From the NCBI GenBank assembly GCA_022813865.1, contig JALDZX010000016.1, forward strand, positions 62,001 to 126,000: a DNA stretch of 64,000 nucleotides, in the 5' to 3' direction. Positions 50,477 through 62,522 of the stretch are shown in pieces. The stretch comes from Xylographa opegraphella. Lineage: Eukaryota. Each line of letters opens with the position of its first letter. Within the stretch, counting starts at the first letter, position 1. Made by a program: the position numbers and the translations under genes. Under the pieces are notes generated by a model. The model saw only the letters and a list, made by a program, of their open reading frames with translations. It searched no databases and was not told the origin of the DNA.

Positions 50477-52193
50477 TCAAGGCACGTCGTCGTCGTCGAC
50501 GTCGCCAAATCCAAAACTGAATCCATTGCTGTCACCATTCAGGACCTCATGTTCATCGTGGCCTTTTACTAACTCGTCCCATTTTCTCTTCCGGCCTTCT
50601 TGAGCCGCCTTCAATTGTTGAATTGCGTTTTGTAAAATCTCTAAATTCTGTTCTTTCATTTTCTGCAGGAAGAGGCCATGAGGATCCACAATTTCCTTCT
50701 TGAAGCCCGAAACTTGATCTGCTTTATCTTGCAAGAATGCTAGGACCTCAGGAAGATGTGCCGGTGGCACAAAATTCTGTGTAATTGCGATGCTGGGACT
50801 GAGGTTGACAACAAGGTGCCACCAGCCCGAGGGGACATGAAGGACTTCCCCAGCATGACATATACCTTCCACACAGCCTGGTGTGGCTCGAGCTTCGGCA
50901 TGAAACTCAAGCAGCCATTCAGCAATACTTAAAGGACTGGTAACCTCGCTTTGATCTTCAGAGACGTAAACACCTGGTGGGGGTGGGTATGCTCGCGCCG
51001 TTGGGAACATGATCCAGTACTTCGAGCCTCGTATGACTGCGTTCCATGCACTATCGACGTCTCAGCAATGATATGTCCCAGACGATTCCGCTTAAATACC
51101 TTGTAGCGTTCGGATCTTTGTGAAAAGTGCTACCACTCCTCTCCGGACCAATGATGAGCCACCGGCTATCAGGTCTATTTTTCTCTAAACAAGCGAAAAG
51201 ATCTTGTCCGAAGCACTCTGGTATGGAATAGTCGCCATTTGTACCTACCGTGAGATTCATCTTCTCAACAAAGTGGCTGTCAAAAAGATATAGAGGGCTC
51301 TCGTCAACGGTGTTGTCCATGTAATTTAAGTAGGCCTCAAGTGGCCAGTCTACAGCTTCTGCTCTGAATTTTATATTACCATAGCTTTCTCTCATGCCGC
51401 CTTGATTCCACACCCTCCACAAGTTCCAGGACCTCACCGGATCTGTCAGTATAAAAGGCTTGTCTGTCCATGACTCATTGAATTCTTCAGCGGTTAGATT
51501 TTGCATGCGATTTATGCTATTCTGCTCAGGGATACTTGTTGTGTATGGGTGAAGAGGTGTATGCGCACAGCGAAATGGTCTATGAAGGGTATCGGAGAAA
51601 AGTTCGTTACATTGAATGCTTGCGCCATAAGATCCTGGCAGGCCACGGAAGGAGTAATACCAGTTCCCGTGCCATTTCAAGGATGAGTCAATTTCAGAAG
51701 GCAGAGACGACCTACAGAGTGAAACCTTAGCTTCACGGTCAGTTGTTTTGTAGGTCTAGCTGATGGAAAACACATTTTATTGCATAGCCTATGTAGCCTG
51801 GGGAGCATGAAATGACAATCGATGATAACAGAGACGGAAGAAAAAGAGATTATGGCGCACGAACTGCTGCAAGTCCGTAATCTTTATAGGGAGCACGTAC
51901 GCAATAAACAATGTTTTCCAAAGCTCGTCGAACCTGCTGAAAGCGTACAATGCTTTACAAGTCTCTCCAACTTTCAGCAATGATTCAGCTTCCAGATATT
52001 CCAAGACAGACACAACGAGCTCATCCGGTAAACAAGCAAAGTGCCCCGCCGCATGCTTGAGATTTTTAGTAGATGTATATGCATTGCCGGTTGGCCGAAC
52101 CCTTAAAGGGTGCAGGGGCACGATCATCTTAGGAGTATCTGGTTCATGGTGGTCCACTTCTAGATCGATCGCTGATGACAATAGTCCTTGCAT
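50477..52193 (-). CDS. F-box and JmjC domain protein (JMJD6-like)
   Basis: HPLRVRPTGN, F-box LPDELVVSVLEYL, DESPLYLFD, RWLIIGPERSGSTFHKDPNAT and HVPSGWWHLVVNL. Confidence 0.9.
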
Positions 52194-52758
52194 GTTACTA
52201 TTCTTGAGCTGTCAAGATTCTTTGTGACTCAGAGTCAGACTTTAGTTACAAGGAGGCGGTGGTGCTCTCCGGTCCTTCAACTCGACCACACTTCCAAACC
52301 GGGGCGTAGGTGCAGAACACGTTCATCCGAATCGAAAGGGAAAGGGTGGGAAGCGGAACGAGCGCAAATCCTTCGACCGTGGATATGAGCAATAACACTT
52401 ACGCATGCTTCAAGTCACACTTCTGTAGCTGCTCTCCGTAGTTCCGAGTGGCGTTCTGGTTTCGAATTCACAAAACCCTGGACGAATTTAGCGTGAAAAT
52501 AATATCCGTAGACACTTCATTTTCGGTGCGGGAAATTTTCTGATCACCATTTGTTTCCTCACACACAACTCCAAATCACAGAAAAAGTACAGCGCTTCTC
52601 TTGCAGAGCACTGTTACCTGTAAGCAGTGTACTCTTTGGTTCTGAGAAGTCGATAGTTCTGACAAGTCTTGCTGTAGAATTTTAAGTCACACTACAAACT
52701 TCGTCAAGGTCAACGAGATCACAGCGGAAGCTTGTGATCTACATTGCAAGTCGCAATC

Positions 52759-54301
52759 ATGGCTGCTACCGACAAGGGTCTTGAGGAGATCCCAGAAGGT
52801 AAGATAAAAAAAAAGGCAACCCAACTCTGCGAGCATCATGTTGTAGAAGCGGAGGAAAGCGGCGGGCACGAAACCGCACTCCATGCGCGTTTGAAAAAGT
52901 GACTATTACTGACGCTCAACCATTTACAGGTCAGATCGAGTCTAACTACGATGAGATCACCGACTCGTTTGACTCCATGAATCTCAAGAGCGAGCTCCTA
53001 AGAGGTACGATCTGCTCACTCTTTGCCAATCCTGCACACTAATGTATCCTAGGTGTCTATGCATATGGTTTCGAGCGTCCGTCCGCCATTCAGCAGCGTG
53101 CTATTATGCCAGTCATTAAGGGTGAGTTACAGACTTCATTCAGCATAAATACCAGCGGTCATCTAATTTGACGGAACAGGGTCCGATGTTATTGCACAGG
53201 CACAATCAGGTACTGGAAAAACTGCGACATTCTCTATTTCAGTTCTTCAGAAGCTCGACCCGAACGTGAAGGCTTGTCAGGCCCTCATTCTCGCTCCGAC
53301 ACGAGAACTCGCTCAACAAATCCAGAAAGTCGTGGTAGCTATTGGAGATTTCATGAACGTAGAGTGTCATGCTTGTATTGGCGGGACCAGTGTTAGAGAT
53401 GACATGAAGGCCTTGCAGGAAGGCCCACAGGTGGTAGTAGGTACGCCTGGACGAGTCCAGGATATGATCCAACGTCGTGTCCTGAAAACCGACTCCATGA
53501 AGATGTTTGTTCTTGATGAAGCCGATGAGATGCTTTCTGTGAGTGTTATTCCAATTATTCTCCGCTCTCTATTCTGATCTTTGTATAGCGCGGCTTTACT
53601 GAGCAGATCTACGACATTTTCCAACTTTTGCCTCAATCGACCCAAGTGGTTCTGCTGTCTGCCACCATGCCTCAGGATGTCCTTGAAGTCACCACCAAGT
53701 TCATGCGAGACCCTGTCCGCATTCTAGTCAAGAAGGCCGAGCTTACGCTCGAAGGTATCAAGCAATTCTACATCGCTGTAGAGAAAGAAGACTGGAAACT
53801 AGACACTCTCTCTGATCTGTACGAGACGGTGACTATCACGCAGGCAGTCATTTTCTGCAATACCCGGAGAAAGGTCGACTGGCTCACTGACAAGCTCACT
53901 GCACGTGACTTCACAGTCTCAGCCATGCATGGTGATATGGACCAAAGTCAACGTGACCTTATCATGAAGGAGTTCCGATCTGGCTCCTCCCGTGTCTTGA
54001 TTGCCACTGATCTGTTGGCACGTGGTATCGATGTTCAACAAGTTTCGTTAGTTATAAACTACGACTTGCCCGCCAACCGTGAGAACTATATCCATCGCAT
54101 TGGTCGTGGAGGACGATTCGGACGAAAGGGTGTTGCTATCAACTTTGTTACTGCCGATGATGTACGGATGATGCGGGAAATCGAGCAGTTCTATAGCACT
54201 CAAATCGAAGAAATGCCCATGAATGTTGCAGGTATGTCGTTATCCTGTACGGTTTTTTTGTATACAATCAGCTGCTGACAAGATATACAGATCTGATCTA
54301 A
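52759..54301 (+). CDS. tif1: Eukaryotic initiation factor 4A (DEAD-box helicase)
   Basis: [31 protein letters not shown] and HRIGRGGR motifs. Several introns plus a 5'UTR intron at 52620-52677. Confidence 0.97.
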
Positions 54302-55014
54302 GCAGACAGAGCAACGCTGTCGGTCGATTCCATGGTAGGATGTTTCCTCTTTTTACTTGTGTAGCTTTTGCTTCACCGTACAAGAGCTGTCATTGTATCA
54401 TGCCGAGACGTCATTAAATGGCATGATATCTCGAGGTTAGGAAGTAATGATACGTTGTTGACCTTCTATCGGATCAGTCTTGTAGCATCTGATCTGCAGT
54501 CTTGTTTCTGCGCGTCATGGTGGATCTCTTACGGATGCGATGGGCTTCAATGTGAAAAGTTTGATGCTTGTACTCTGCGGTTTCCAAAGAACATGTTCTC
54601 TGGGTACGCTCTAGAGGTGTCACGATGATAATGTTTTCTGGTTTTAGCAGATAGATTCGATGAATGCAGGCCTTTGCAGAAGTCTTTCATCCCTGATTTC
54701 GTGTAGCAGTGACTGTCACTATGAGTACTCGGGAGTTTGGGATTGCAGCACAAAGCTTTCATCTGTCTGATTGCAGCTCATTAAGGTAACAATATATCGG
54801 TGCATTGCATTCCTAAAACCATTGAACCATGGACACGGTCTGATTACTAGTGAGATAAGAACCTTACTAGGCGCTAGTGTTCCACTAAGGGCTCAGGCCT
54901 ATAAGGTCATTCACTTGGGCTCCTTTCGACAAATGTTCACTTGATCCATCCACTGAATTGTGTCGGGCCGTCTGTCAACCCGAGATCGTGCTGATATCAC
55001 CACCAAGCAAGAGA

Positions 55015-55915
55015 TCTTCTCGTTTCGATAGGTAAGTGCATGCTGCATGATGCCCTGACACGTACCTATCACCCTTCTGACTATTCTTGACGGCAGTGCA
55101 CTTGAGCTACCGGTGGCAGTGTTTCTCACCTCATTGAATTATCTCAGACTTTCAATCCAACCACGATCTTCAAGATAGCATTGCCCAGCACCGAATGTTC
55201 TCCTTTTGACAGGTAAGTGTATGCTACTGGACATCCCTGACACGTAATTATCGACTTCTGACATTTCTTCAAGGCAATTCGCGTAACCTCATTTCCGCAG
55301 AATTTTCGCCTCCTGGTCCATTGAACTGTCTTGAACCCTCAATTGGACCAAAATCTTGGAAGATAGCATTATACGACATCAGGTTTCCTCCTCGTGAAAG
55401 GTAAATGCATGCTATAGGGATTTCTGATACGTACCTGTCATCTTCTGACTTGTTGTTCGGCACCAGCTTTTCTTCCAGTCCCAGAACCCACTTCCAACTC
55501 GACCTAATTCCTACCAAATTCGATAACGGAGTAATCATCTCGTCCAGCTAAAGATTGTATTTCCAGTGGAACCGAGATCCCGCAAACAACCTTCTCATTT
55601 CGATAGATAGATACATTCTATAGGGGTTCATGACACGTACCTATTACTTTCTGACCTCTATCAGCACTTCTCCCATTGTTACAATCGACTTGTCAGAAGC
55701 CCACATCTAAGATTTGGCATCACCTTATCAAAGAACAAAATCTGTACCCCATCAATCTGTCGAATACTCAGTCAAACTTCGCTCTCCAGCCAGCATTGCC
55801 AGATCTCAAGAGCCAGCATCGTGAGCATCAGGCGTTCTTCAACTAAGAAGTGAGTACTTTATATAAGAATTTCTGACATGTATTTATCATCTTCTGACTT
55901 TTAATTCTCCCCCAG
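55015..55915 (+). repeat. Five degenerate copies of an exon-end plus ~60-66-nt spliceosomal intron unit
   Basis: Introns at 55032-55096, 55213-55273, 55401-55466, 55607-55664 (donor mutated to AT) and 55850-55915 share GTAAGTGCATGCT...CTGACACGTACCTATCA..CTTCTGAC...AG. Confidence 0.85.
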
Positions 55916-56002
55916 TTCGTTTCCCAAATCCTACAATTAGATTATTTCTTCTTCACGTCTCAAAAACCACCCGATTTTTAGGTCACTAATCAGCAACATA
56001 AT

Positions 56003-56467
56003 ATGGCGGATTCTGACTTTGATGAATACCTTTCCGGCGAAATTGACGCGGTAGAGATCGACTTCGGAATGCCTGAAGACATTGAGTTAAGCCCGCCTTC
56101 ACCCACCACAATACCGGGAACAGATCGATTGGCTTGGGTCAAGAAATACAAAGCTGATTTCCAAAAGCTCAAAGCAAGCAATGCACAGATGAAAGCAGGA
56201 ATCGCCTTTTATCAAAGAATTCTCGCACGATCGATGCATAAAATCGCGGTCGAACACCATAGATTGGCCACAGTAGAAAAGGAGTATGAGACTGCAAACC
56301 AGCGATTGGCGCAGTCGTATGAAATACTTGGGAATGCCATTGAAGGTCCTGCAAGTCTCTGCAACAGTGCTGCTGGAAGAAATGCAGCAACCATACGGGG
56401 TCAAAAGGTGGTTGCCGATCTCACTACGCCCACGTTTGACGAAGCCGGGCTTTGGCAGGGTACGTAG
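56003..56467 (+). CDS. Orphan ~154-aa protein with acidic N-terminus and probable coiled coil
   Basis: ATG in good context (AATATGG); heptad-like stretch KKYKADFQKLKASNAQMKAG...LATVEKEYETANQRLAQS; possible GTACGT donor at 56460. Family not recognised. Confidence 0.6.
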   Translation: MADSDFDEYLSGEIDAVEIDFGMPEDIELSPPSPTTIPGTDRLAWVKKYKADFQKLKASNAQMKAGIAFYQRILARSMHKIAVEHHRLATVEKEYETANQRLAQSYEILGNAIEGPASLCNSAAGRNAATIRGQKVVADLTTPTFDEAGLWQGT

Positions 56468-56754
56468 TTCAGATCTCAATGTCGTTTGCTTTGGATATCA
56501 TTAGATTGAAAGGAAATGATCGTCAAAGGCGAAGGTGCCCTGAGACATCTCTTTGAAGCGGAGCGTATTGTTGGAACGCTCGCATATTTGTACTGGGAGA
56601 GAAACGCTAATCTGGCAAATCGGCAGTGCCAAAGCACCGCATCTTAGCAAGTCAAGCGCCTCTTCCTCCCGCGACAACGTCTTCCACGAGTGCTGCCCAA
56701 CACAGCCCCAAGGTGCGAAGCAAGAAGAGAAGTGCGGATGAACTTTTGTGAGTT

Positions 56755-57541
56755 TTATGTCTCTCTAAATTCATAGCGTCCTTCTCTCTCTCTCACCTCC
56801 ACTTCTATCGACTCCAGCTCCTTGCCGTCCACTTTGATACCAGCTCTCATGATGTCGCCGACTGACACTGCGCCTACGCCTTTAGGGGTCCCGCTCAGGA
56901 CCAAGTCACCTCTACCAAGCGTCATCACGCTTGAGATGTCGCTGAGCTGTCGGGAGATGGGAAAAATCATCAATTCTGTATTATCACTCTGGCGTAGTTG
57001 TCCGTTTACTGCGAGGTACAGATCCACTTTCTGCGGGTCTGGAATTGAGGCCTTCGGGATGTAATTACTGATGGGCAGAAAAGTATCAAATCCTTTTGCG
57101 ATCGACCACGGCAGCCCTTTCGTCTTTGCTTCGTCCTGAACATTGCGGGCAGTCATGTCAATGCTCAGACAATAGCCTACTGCCATCAGCCACGACTGCG
57201 AGCCTGGAAGGATCACTACCATCAATCGCGTCCATAGCTCCTTTCTCATCATTGGCGTCCAGATCTCTTACCTCCTTGCCGATAATCAGAGCCAGCTCGA
57301 CCTCGTAATGTAAAGTGACGCCCTTCGGCCTCAATACTGGGCCACTATTCGGAGGCAGGATCGAAGACGGCGGCTTTAGGAAAAAGAACGGTTGCTTAGG
57401 CCGAACATTATTCAATTCCTTGACATGGTCTCTAAATACCAATATGAGCTTCGATGTGACGTGCAAGTGAGCGCCGCCATCTCACACATAATTCCTGCCA
57501 ATACATATCACTTTACGCGCATTTGCCTTGATAGAAGCCAT
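56755..57541 (-). CDS. Fumarylacetoacetate-hydrolase-domain protein (FAHD1/Fmp41 like)
   Basis: KVICIGRNY/DH..EL, FFFLKP, HYEVEL, IDMTARNVQD, GLPWSIAKGFDTF and GDLVLSGTPKGVG; two introns. Confidence 0.93.
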
Positions 57542-57737
57542 CACCCGTAGATATCCCAGCCGATGTCTGTAAAGAGTGTAATGAAAGAATGAGCAATGAG
57601 TATTCGTGAAGCCATGTTTCGCGACCGGCGCATGCTTGCATCTTGAGGTCCGGCGAAACTTCATCCTCGGCAGATGCAAGAGGCATTCCATTTCGTCACC
57701 GTGCTTTTCTACAACTGAACATCGTAAGACGGCCAAC

Positions 57738-58140
57738 ATGCAAATAGCTGAGATCCTGTCGGACCTGACATCCCTTCGTGTTTGCGTATGTCGTATCATA
57801 ATGATTATTCCGAGTGGCCTTGGCTAATGCAATACAGGACTACGAAGCAGCCATCGCCCTTGTCTCCAGCTATAAAATCATTGATACCAAGAACACCACT
57901 GGTGAGGAGACGAACACCTCTCGCAGCAGCTCAGATTCTAGACCAAAGACCTCGCGCACGACCTCGGTCCTTAAGGATGCTCAAGATGATCCGGACTTAC
58001 AGCGCGCTATGGACTTGGTGGATCTCCATTACGGGGTCAAGGAGAAGCACAAGCACGGTACCGACATGGAGCTACAGAAGGCAAGACAAGATGTACGGCG
58101 CGTGATTGAAGGTATGCACAGGGTGCAGAGCACAAGGTAG
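57738..58140 (+). CDS. Small conserved fungal hypothetical protein
   Basis: MQIAEILSDLTSLRVC/DYEAAIALV...DPDLQRAMDLVDLHYGVKEKH...LQKARQDV; one canonical intron. Confidence 0.8.
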
Positions 58141-58253
58141 CGAGAACCAAGGATATCACAATATCGAAATACTTTTAAGTATGAGAACTTTCGCGGCGCG
58201 AAGTTCCCAATGGTGTTGATAGACAACAAATCGGAATACGGTCACAGGGAGCA

Positions 58254-59726
58254 TCATAGACCTCCAATCATCTCAACCCCATTTCCCAACGCAGCCACTG
58301 GGGCAAGTTCGCCTCCTTTCGCTATGACCTTCAGAGCTGGACGCGTTATTAGGGCCAACTGCCTCCCCAGAATGATTGTGAGCACCGGCGACCGCAGGAC
58401 TACTGTCCTTGTCTTCCGGACCATCGTTCTTCTCTTCTTTACTCGACGGGCCTTTGTTGATATAGGAATCTCCACAGCGCCGACAGCACCCAATTCGTCC
58501 TTGATGAGAGCAGTGGACACGCGTGGAATAGACGATACATCCATATTTGACTGAGCTATCAACGGGAGCTCGGTTCCGCTTGAAGATGGACTTGGAAGTT
58601 CTGCCGTCATGTCTTTCGTCACTTTTTTGGAAAGAATATCAACGTTGTCGAAGAGGTCTGGAGCGACCGGAATACCAGCAGAATCTTCAGTACTATCCTC
58701 CGTAGCTCTGATAATCAAAATCTTTGGCGGCGGTAATTTGTTCGCATCAATCGGTGCAGGTAGACTAGGGTCCCTTGCTGCCAAGGAGGCATTGGGCTTC
58801 ACTGAGATACCCTCTGCTCTAGGGATTTCACCAGATGGAAGTTTACGGAAGGCAGGTGGCTTCCTTGGAGTCTTCTCTGGTAAGCCGGAAGTTTCAGGCT
58901 TGAAAAGTGATGTCGATGAACCAGATATCGGTAACGGGTCTGCGATCGGAACCGCGGGCGAAACTCGTTCAAAATACGAGCCTGCCTCAGCTTCAGGGAG
59001 TGGTGTACTTTGAGGAACGGGTAACACCAAAGGACTAGGATGTGAGAACAGCTCGGTGGGTGTGGAAGGCGCTTGGTAGTCTTCAGGAGGTATGCTGCGT
59101 GGTGTGGGTAGTACTTTCGGGCTTGACTTGGATATTGGATCAGAAACTCCCGGAGGCACTTCCTGAACCACCGGAGTTTGAGAGCGAGAGGTCTCCACGA
59201 CACACGAATTGACAACAGGCGTGGATCGTTTTCGACCTGGAACAACGGAAGAATTTTCAAAAACCTCTTTGTGTTCATTTGAGGTCTTCACAGTTGGCTC
59301 GGTAGGAGCCTCGGTGACAGAAGGAGCCTCGAAAATTTCGGAACCACAATCCCGTATCTCGAGCGGTCTTGGAGATTCCAAGTCCTCGGACTTGACACCT
59401 TCGAGAGGAGCCGGAAGTATAGCATCGGCTCTGTTCGCAACGGGCGACATTGGTCGTGGACTCTGAGAACCTCCCTCGGTATCTGGGATGGAAGACATGT
59501 GGCTTCTCAGACTCGACGCTCTCTTCTGTCGGATCTTGTTGTCCACAATCTCACGTTCGGTGGTATGGATTACTCCAGAATGGCTCTTCACGCTTGTTGC
59601 ACGGATTGGAAGAGGTGTCGATGCCTTCGGAATGTCAACAAGACGAGGCCAGCCCCATCCAGATGACTTGGACCTAAGGACTGGTTGTGGTTTCCCTTTG
59701 TCAGGTAAACTGCTATAGGTAGACAT
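58254..59726 (-). CDS. Pro/Ser-rich, largely disordered hypothetical protein
   Basis: ~490-codon open frame ending in a basic, hydrophobic block (RKTRTVVLRSPVLTIILGRQLA). Confidence 0.7.
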   Translation of the reverse strand: MSTYSSLPDKGKPQPVLRSKSSGWGWPRLVDIPKASTPLPIRATSVKSHSGVIHTTEREIVDNKIRQKRASSLRSHMSSIPDTEGGSQSPRPMSPVANRADAILPAPLEGVKSEDLESPRPLEIRDCGSEIFEAPSVTEAPTEPTVKTSNEHKEVFENSSVVPGRKRSTPVVNSCVVETSRSQTPVVQEVPPGVSDPISKSSPKVLPTPRSIPPEDYQAPSTPTELFSHPSPLVLPVPQSTPLPEAEAGSYFERVSPAVPIADPLPISGSSTSLFKPETSGLPEKTPRKPPAFRKLPSGEIPRAEGISVKPNASLAARDPSLPAPIDANKLPPPKILIIRATEDSTEDSAGIPVAPDLFDNVDILSKKVTKDMTAELPSPSSSGTELPLIAQSNMDVSSIPRVSTALIKDELGAVGAVEIPISTKARRVKKRRTMVRKTRTVVLRSPVLTIILGRQLALITRPALKVIAKGGELAPVAALGNGVEMIGGL

Positions 59727-59968
59727 AGTAAGACATAGGAGCAAAGGATTGGACGAGCAGTTTATGCTCCGCAGAATACATGTGTAGTACACAACAATGC
59801 TTGGAATGATTTTCGTAGACTATTCCTCTATGCAACCGAGGAAGGGTTTGCCAAGACTTTCATCTAGAGCAGGAACGACTCGCTTCATGTCCACGCTCGC
59901 GATCGGGCTTCTGGCCAGCTTCTTCCAAAGGTCGCCTTGCCACTTACAAGGCGGAGATATTCCTAACT

Positions 59969-61808
59969 ATGGCGACTTCCGTAGACGCAAAGTTGCTGAA
60001 GTCGACCAAATTTCCGCCTGAGTTCAACCAGAAAGTGGACATGCAGAAGGTCAATGTAGAAGTAATGAAGAAGTACATCAGAACCCCCCCACAACCACTG
60101 TTCCTTTACTGACACACTATCGAGATGGATCGCAGGTAAGATATCTGAGATCCTTGGTAGTGAAGACGACGTCGTTATCGAGCTCTGCTTCAATCTTCTG
60201 GAAGGTGCCCGTTTTGTAAGAACGCCCCGCTCCTGCGATTGGCGACGAATCTGATTTGAGCCAGCCCGATATCAAAGTCTTACAGATACAGCTCACGGGC
60301 TTCCTCGATAAAGATACCGCTAAGTTCTGCAAAGAGCTCTGGCTGTTGTGTCTCAGCGCGCAAAGCAATCCTCAAGGCGTGCCGAAAGAACTTTTGGAAG
60401 CGAAGAAGCTAGAGCTGATACAGGAAAAGGTGCACACGCGTCGAAGGTGTTGACGTGATACGAGAACTGACTTGTCTCAAGATTGACGCTGAGAAAGCTG
60501 CCGAGGAGGCCAGTCGACGCAAGGAACAGGAACGGCTACGAGATCGTAACGTTGACAGTCTACGTCAACGTGAGAGAGGCGATCGTGGTCGCGGTCGAGG
60601 AAGAGGCAGTGGTCGAGGAGGTGGAATTGGAGGGGGAGATTATGATCGAAGGCCGCCGCGATATTCGCGATCTCCACCACCAAGGCGCCGGGATTCGCCA
60701 GATAGGGACAGCTATCGTGGGCCACCGCCAAGGCGGGATATAGATGCTTATATACCAGGCAGCCGAGGCGGGCGTCGCGGAGATGATCGAAGAAGGCGCT
60801 CACGATCTGCTAGACGTTCTCTTTCTCCCTCCCGATCACGCTCAATTACTCCACCAAGACGACGTCGTTACACTCCAAGCAGATCTCCTACACCCGTACG
60901 CCGAAGAGCAGGTCGTGGAAGAAGTCGAAGGACTCCTGATCGTGGTGATGATCGAGCAAGATCCTTGACAGCGTCCGAAACTTCTCGCTCACGTTCACCT
61001 AGAAGAAAACGGAGAGGGCGTACTCCCTCCATCTCTCTCAGCCCATCCCCACCTCCTCGATCAAGCCACCGCCGACGCCGGAGCAGCTCTCCTTTACCAC
61101 CCAAACGACGTTCCCGTTCGCTAGAAAGAGACTACAGACGTTCAGGTAGACTAAGGCGATCACCGTCCTACATCACTGATGAAGAAGACAGAACTGGATT
61201 TCGCGCTGATTATCGCAAAGGGCGAAGATATCATGATGACCGGCGACGCAGCCCAAGTCGTAGCCGCAGCAGAGAACGTCGCCGAAGACTTCCGCGCCAT
61301 GATCTCAGTCACAGCAGGAGTCCTCCCCGGCGTAGAAGCAAAAGTCCCATTCGACAGAGGGATAGCAAGAGGCATCGCTCAATTGAGAGATATGCTCCTG
61401 CAGGGCGAAGGCGAAGAAACACATCCTCCGTGTCGTCTCCTGTTGACAAACGACGCAAGATGGCTGACTCTTCTGGCGACGAAAAGGGCAGAGAAGCACG
61501 TTCCGATTATGCATTAGCGGCTGCGTCGGTCGCACGTAGAAGCGAAGAGGTGGGTAGTGATTCATAAGGTGTGGGAGAAGTACTGCTTGTCTTTCTTTCA
61601 TCTTCTTGCTGTGCTCCAACACTGCAACATTCGTTCCAGTGCTGCCACGAGATTCGAGGATCATTTCGCTGACCTTTGCTTTTTCTTCCAGGCACGATCT
61701 CCTACCCTCACCGGCACCGAGCTCAAAGAGAGACAACTCAAAGAGAAAGTCATGGCTTTAAGGAAATCAAGTACTGCAGCCAAGGAACAAGCCACCGATA
61801 GAGCCTGA
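59969..61808 (+). CDS. PWI-domain SR-related splicing coactivator (SRm160/SRRM1 like)
   Basis: TKFPPEFNQKVDMQKVNVEVMKK/WIAGKISEILGSEDDVVIE...QIQLTGFLDKDTAKFCKELW, a long RS region, and last exon ELKERQLKEKVMALRKS. Confidence 0.92.
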
Positions 61809-62522
61809 ATTCTGCTCCTAACCACATCACAGCTGAGTGTGCCTGGATAATTTGCTAGAAAGGACCAGCGTATAGCTGCTATTCTAGAAATAACAAAAGC
61901 ATTTGCTCTACACTGCAAACCATTCAAGCTGATCTATCTGAAGCGTGAGTGTTCTCTGTGAACTTGAGCAAGCACGCGGAACTACTTCTCCTACATCCTT
62001 GTACGGGTCAAGACCCAGCTACTCGTACGTTTTTACTCGCGATAGATTGTAGAATACAGCCTATACCCTAGCCGCAGAGCATATGCACTCCGCAGCTTTA
62101 CACTACTTGCTCAAAAGGCACCACAATCCACGATCACCCAGCAGCCCCAGAATTCACAATTCTCCCAAGCACTGCATTAGCGTGTACATATTCGCCAACC
62201 CATTGCAAAGTGTGCCTACAATACATTTTTGTGCTTGCAAAAGTGTCGCCCCCCCGATCTACCCACCTGTCTCGGACAGTTCAGCTCGATTCACGGCGGT
62301 CAACTATCAAAGCTACGTCTGGTAACCCCACCCCCATTCCACATCTCAAAAGCCCCAGGGGTCCGCACTCGCAGGCTCTGCAGATCCCCTTCCGCACTCT
62401 CTAAGAAAACTACCGAATCACACGGAGGGTGAAGTGAGCCGGTGCAGATCACGACCATGCCAAAGCCTTGCGAGAAGGAGTACCCAACAGCACCATTCCC
62501 TGACCGCACTGCTAAGCTCCGC

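Noticed and set aside
55015..55915. CRISPR array or snoRNA cluster
   Set aside because: Eukaryotic context; repeats are degenerate, carry splice signals and have long related spacers; the introns are too short to host snoRNAs.
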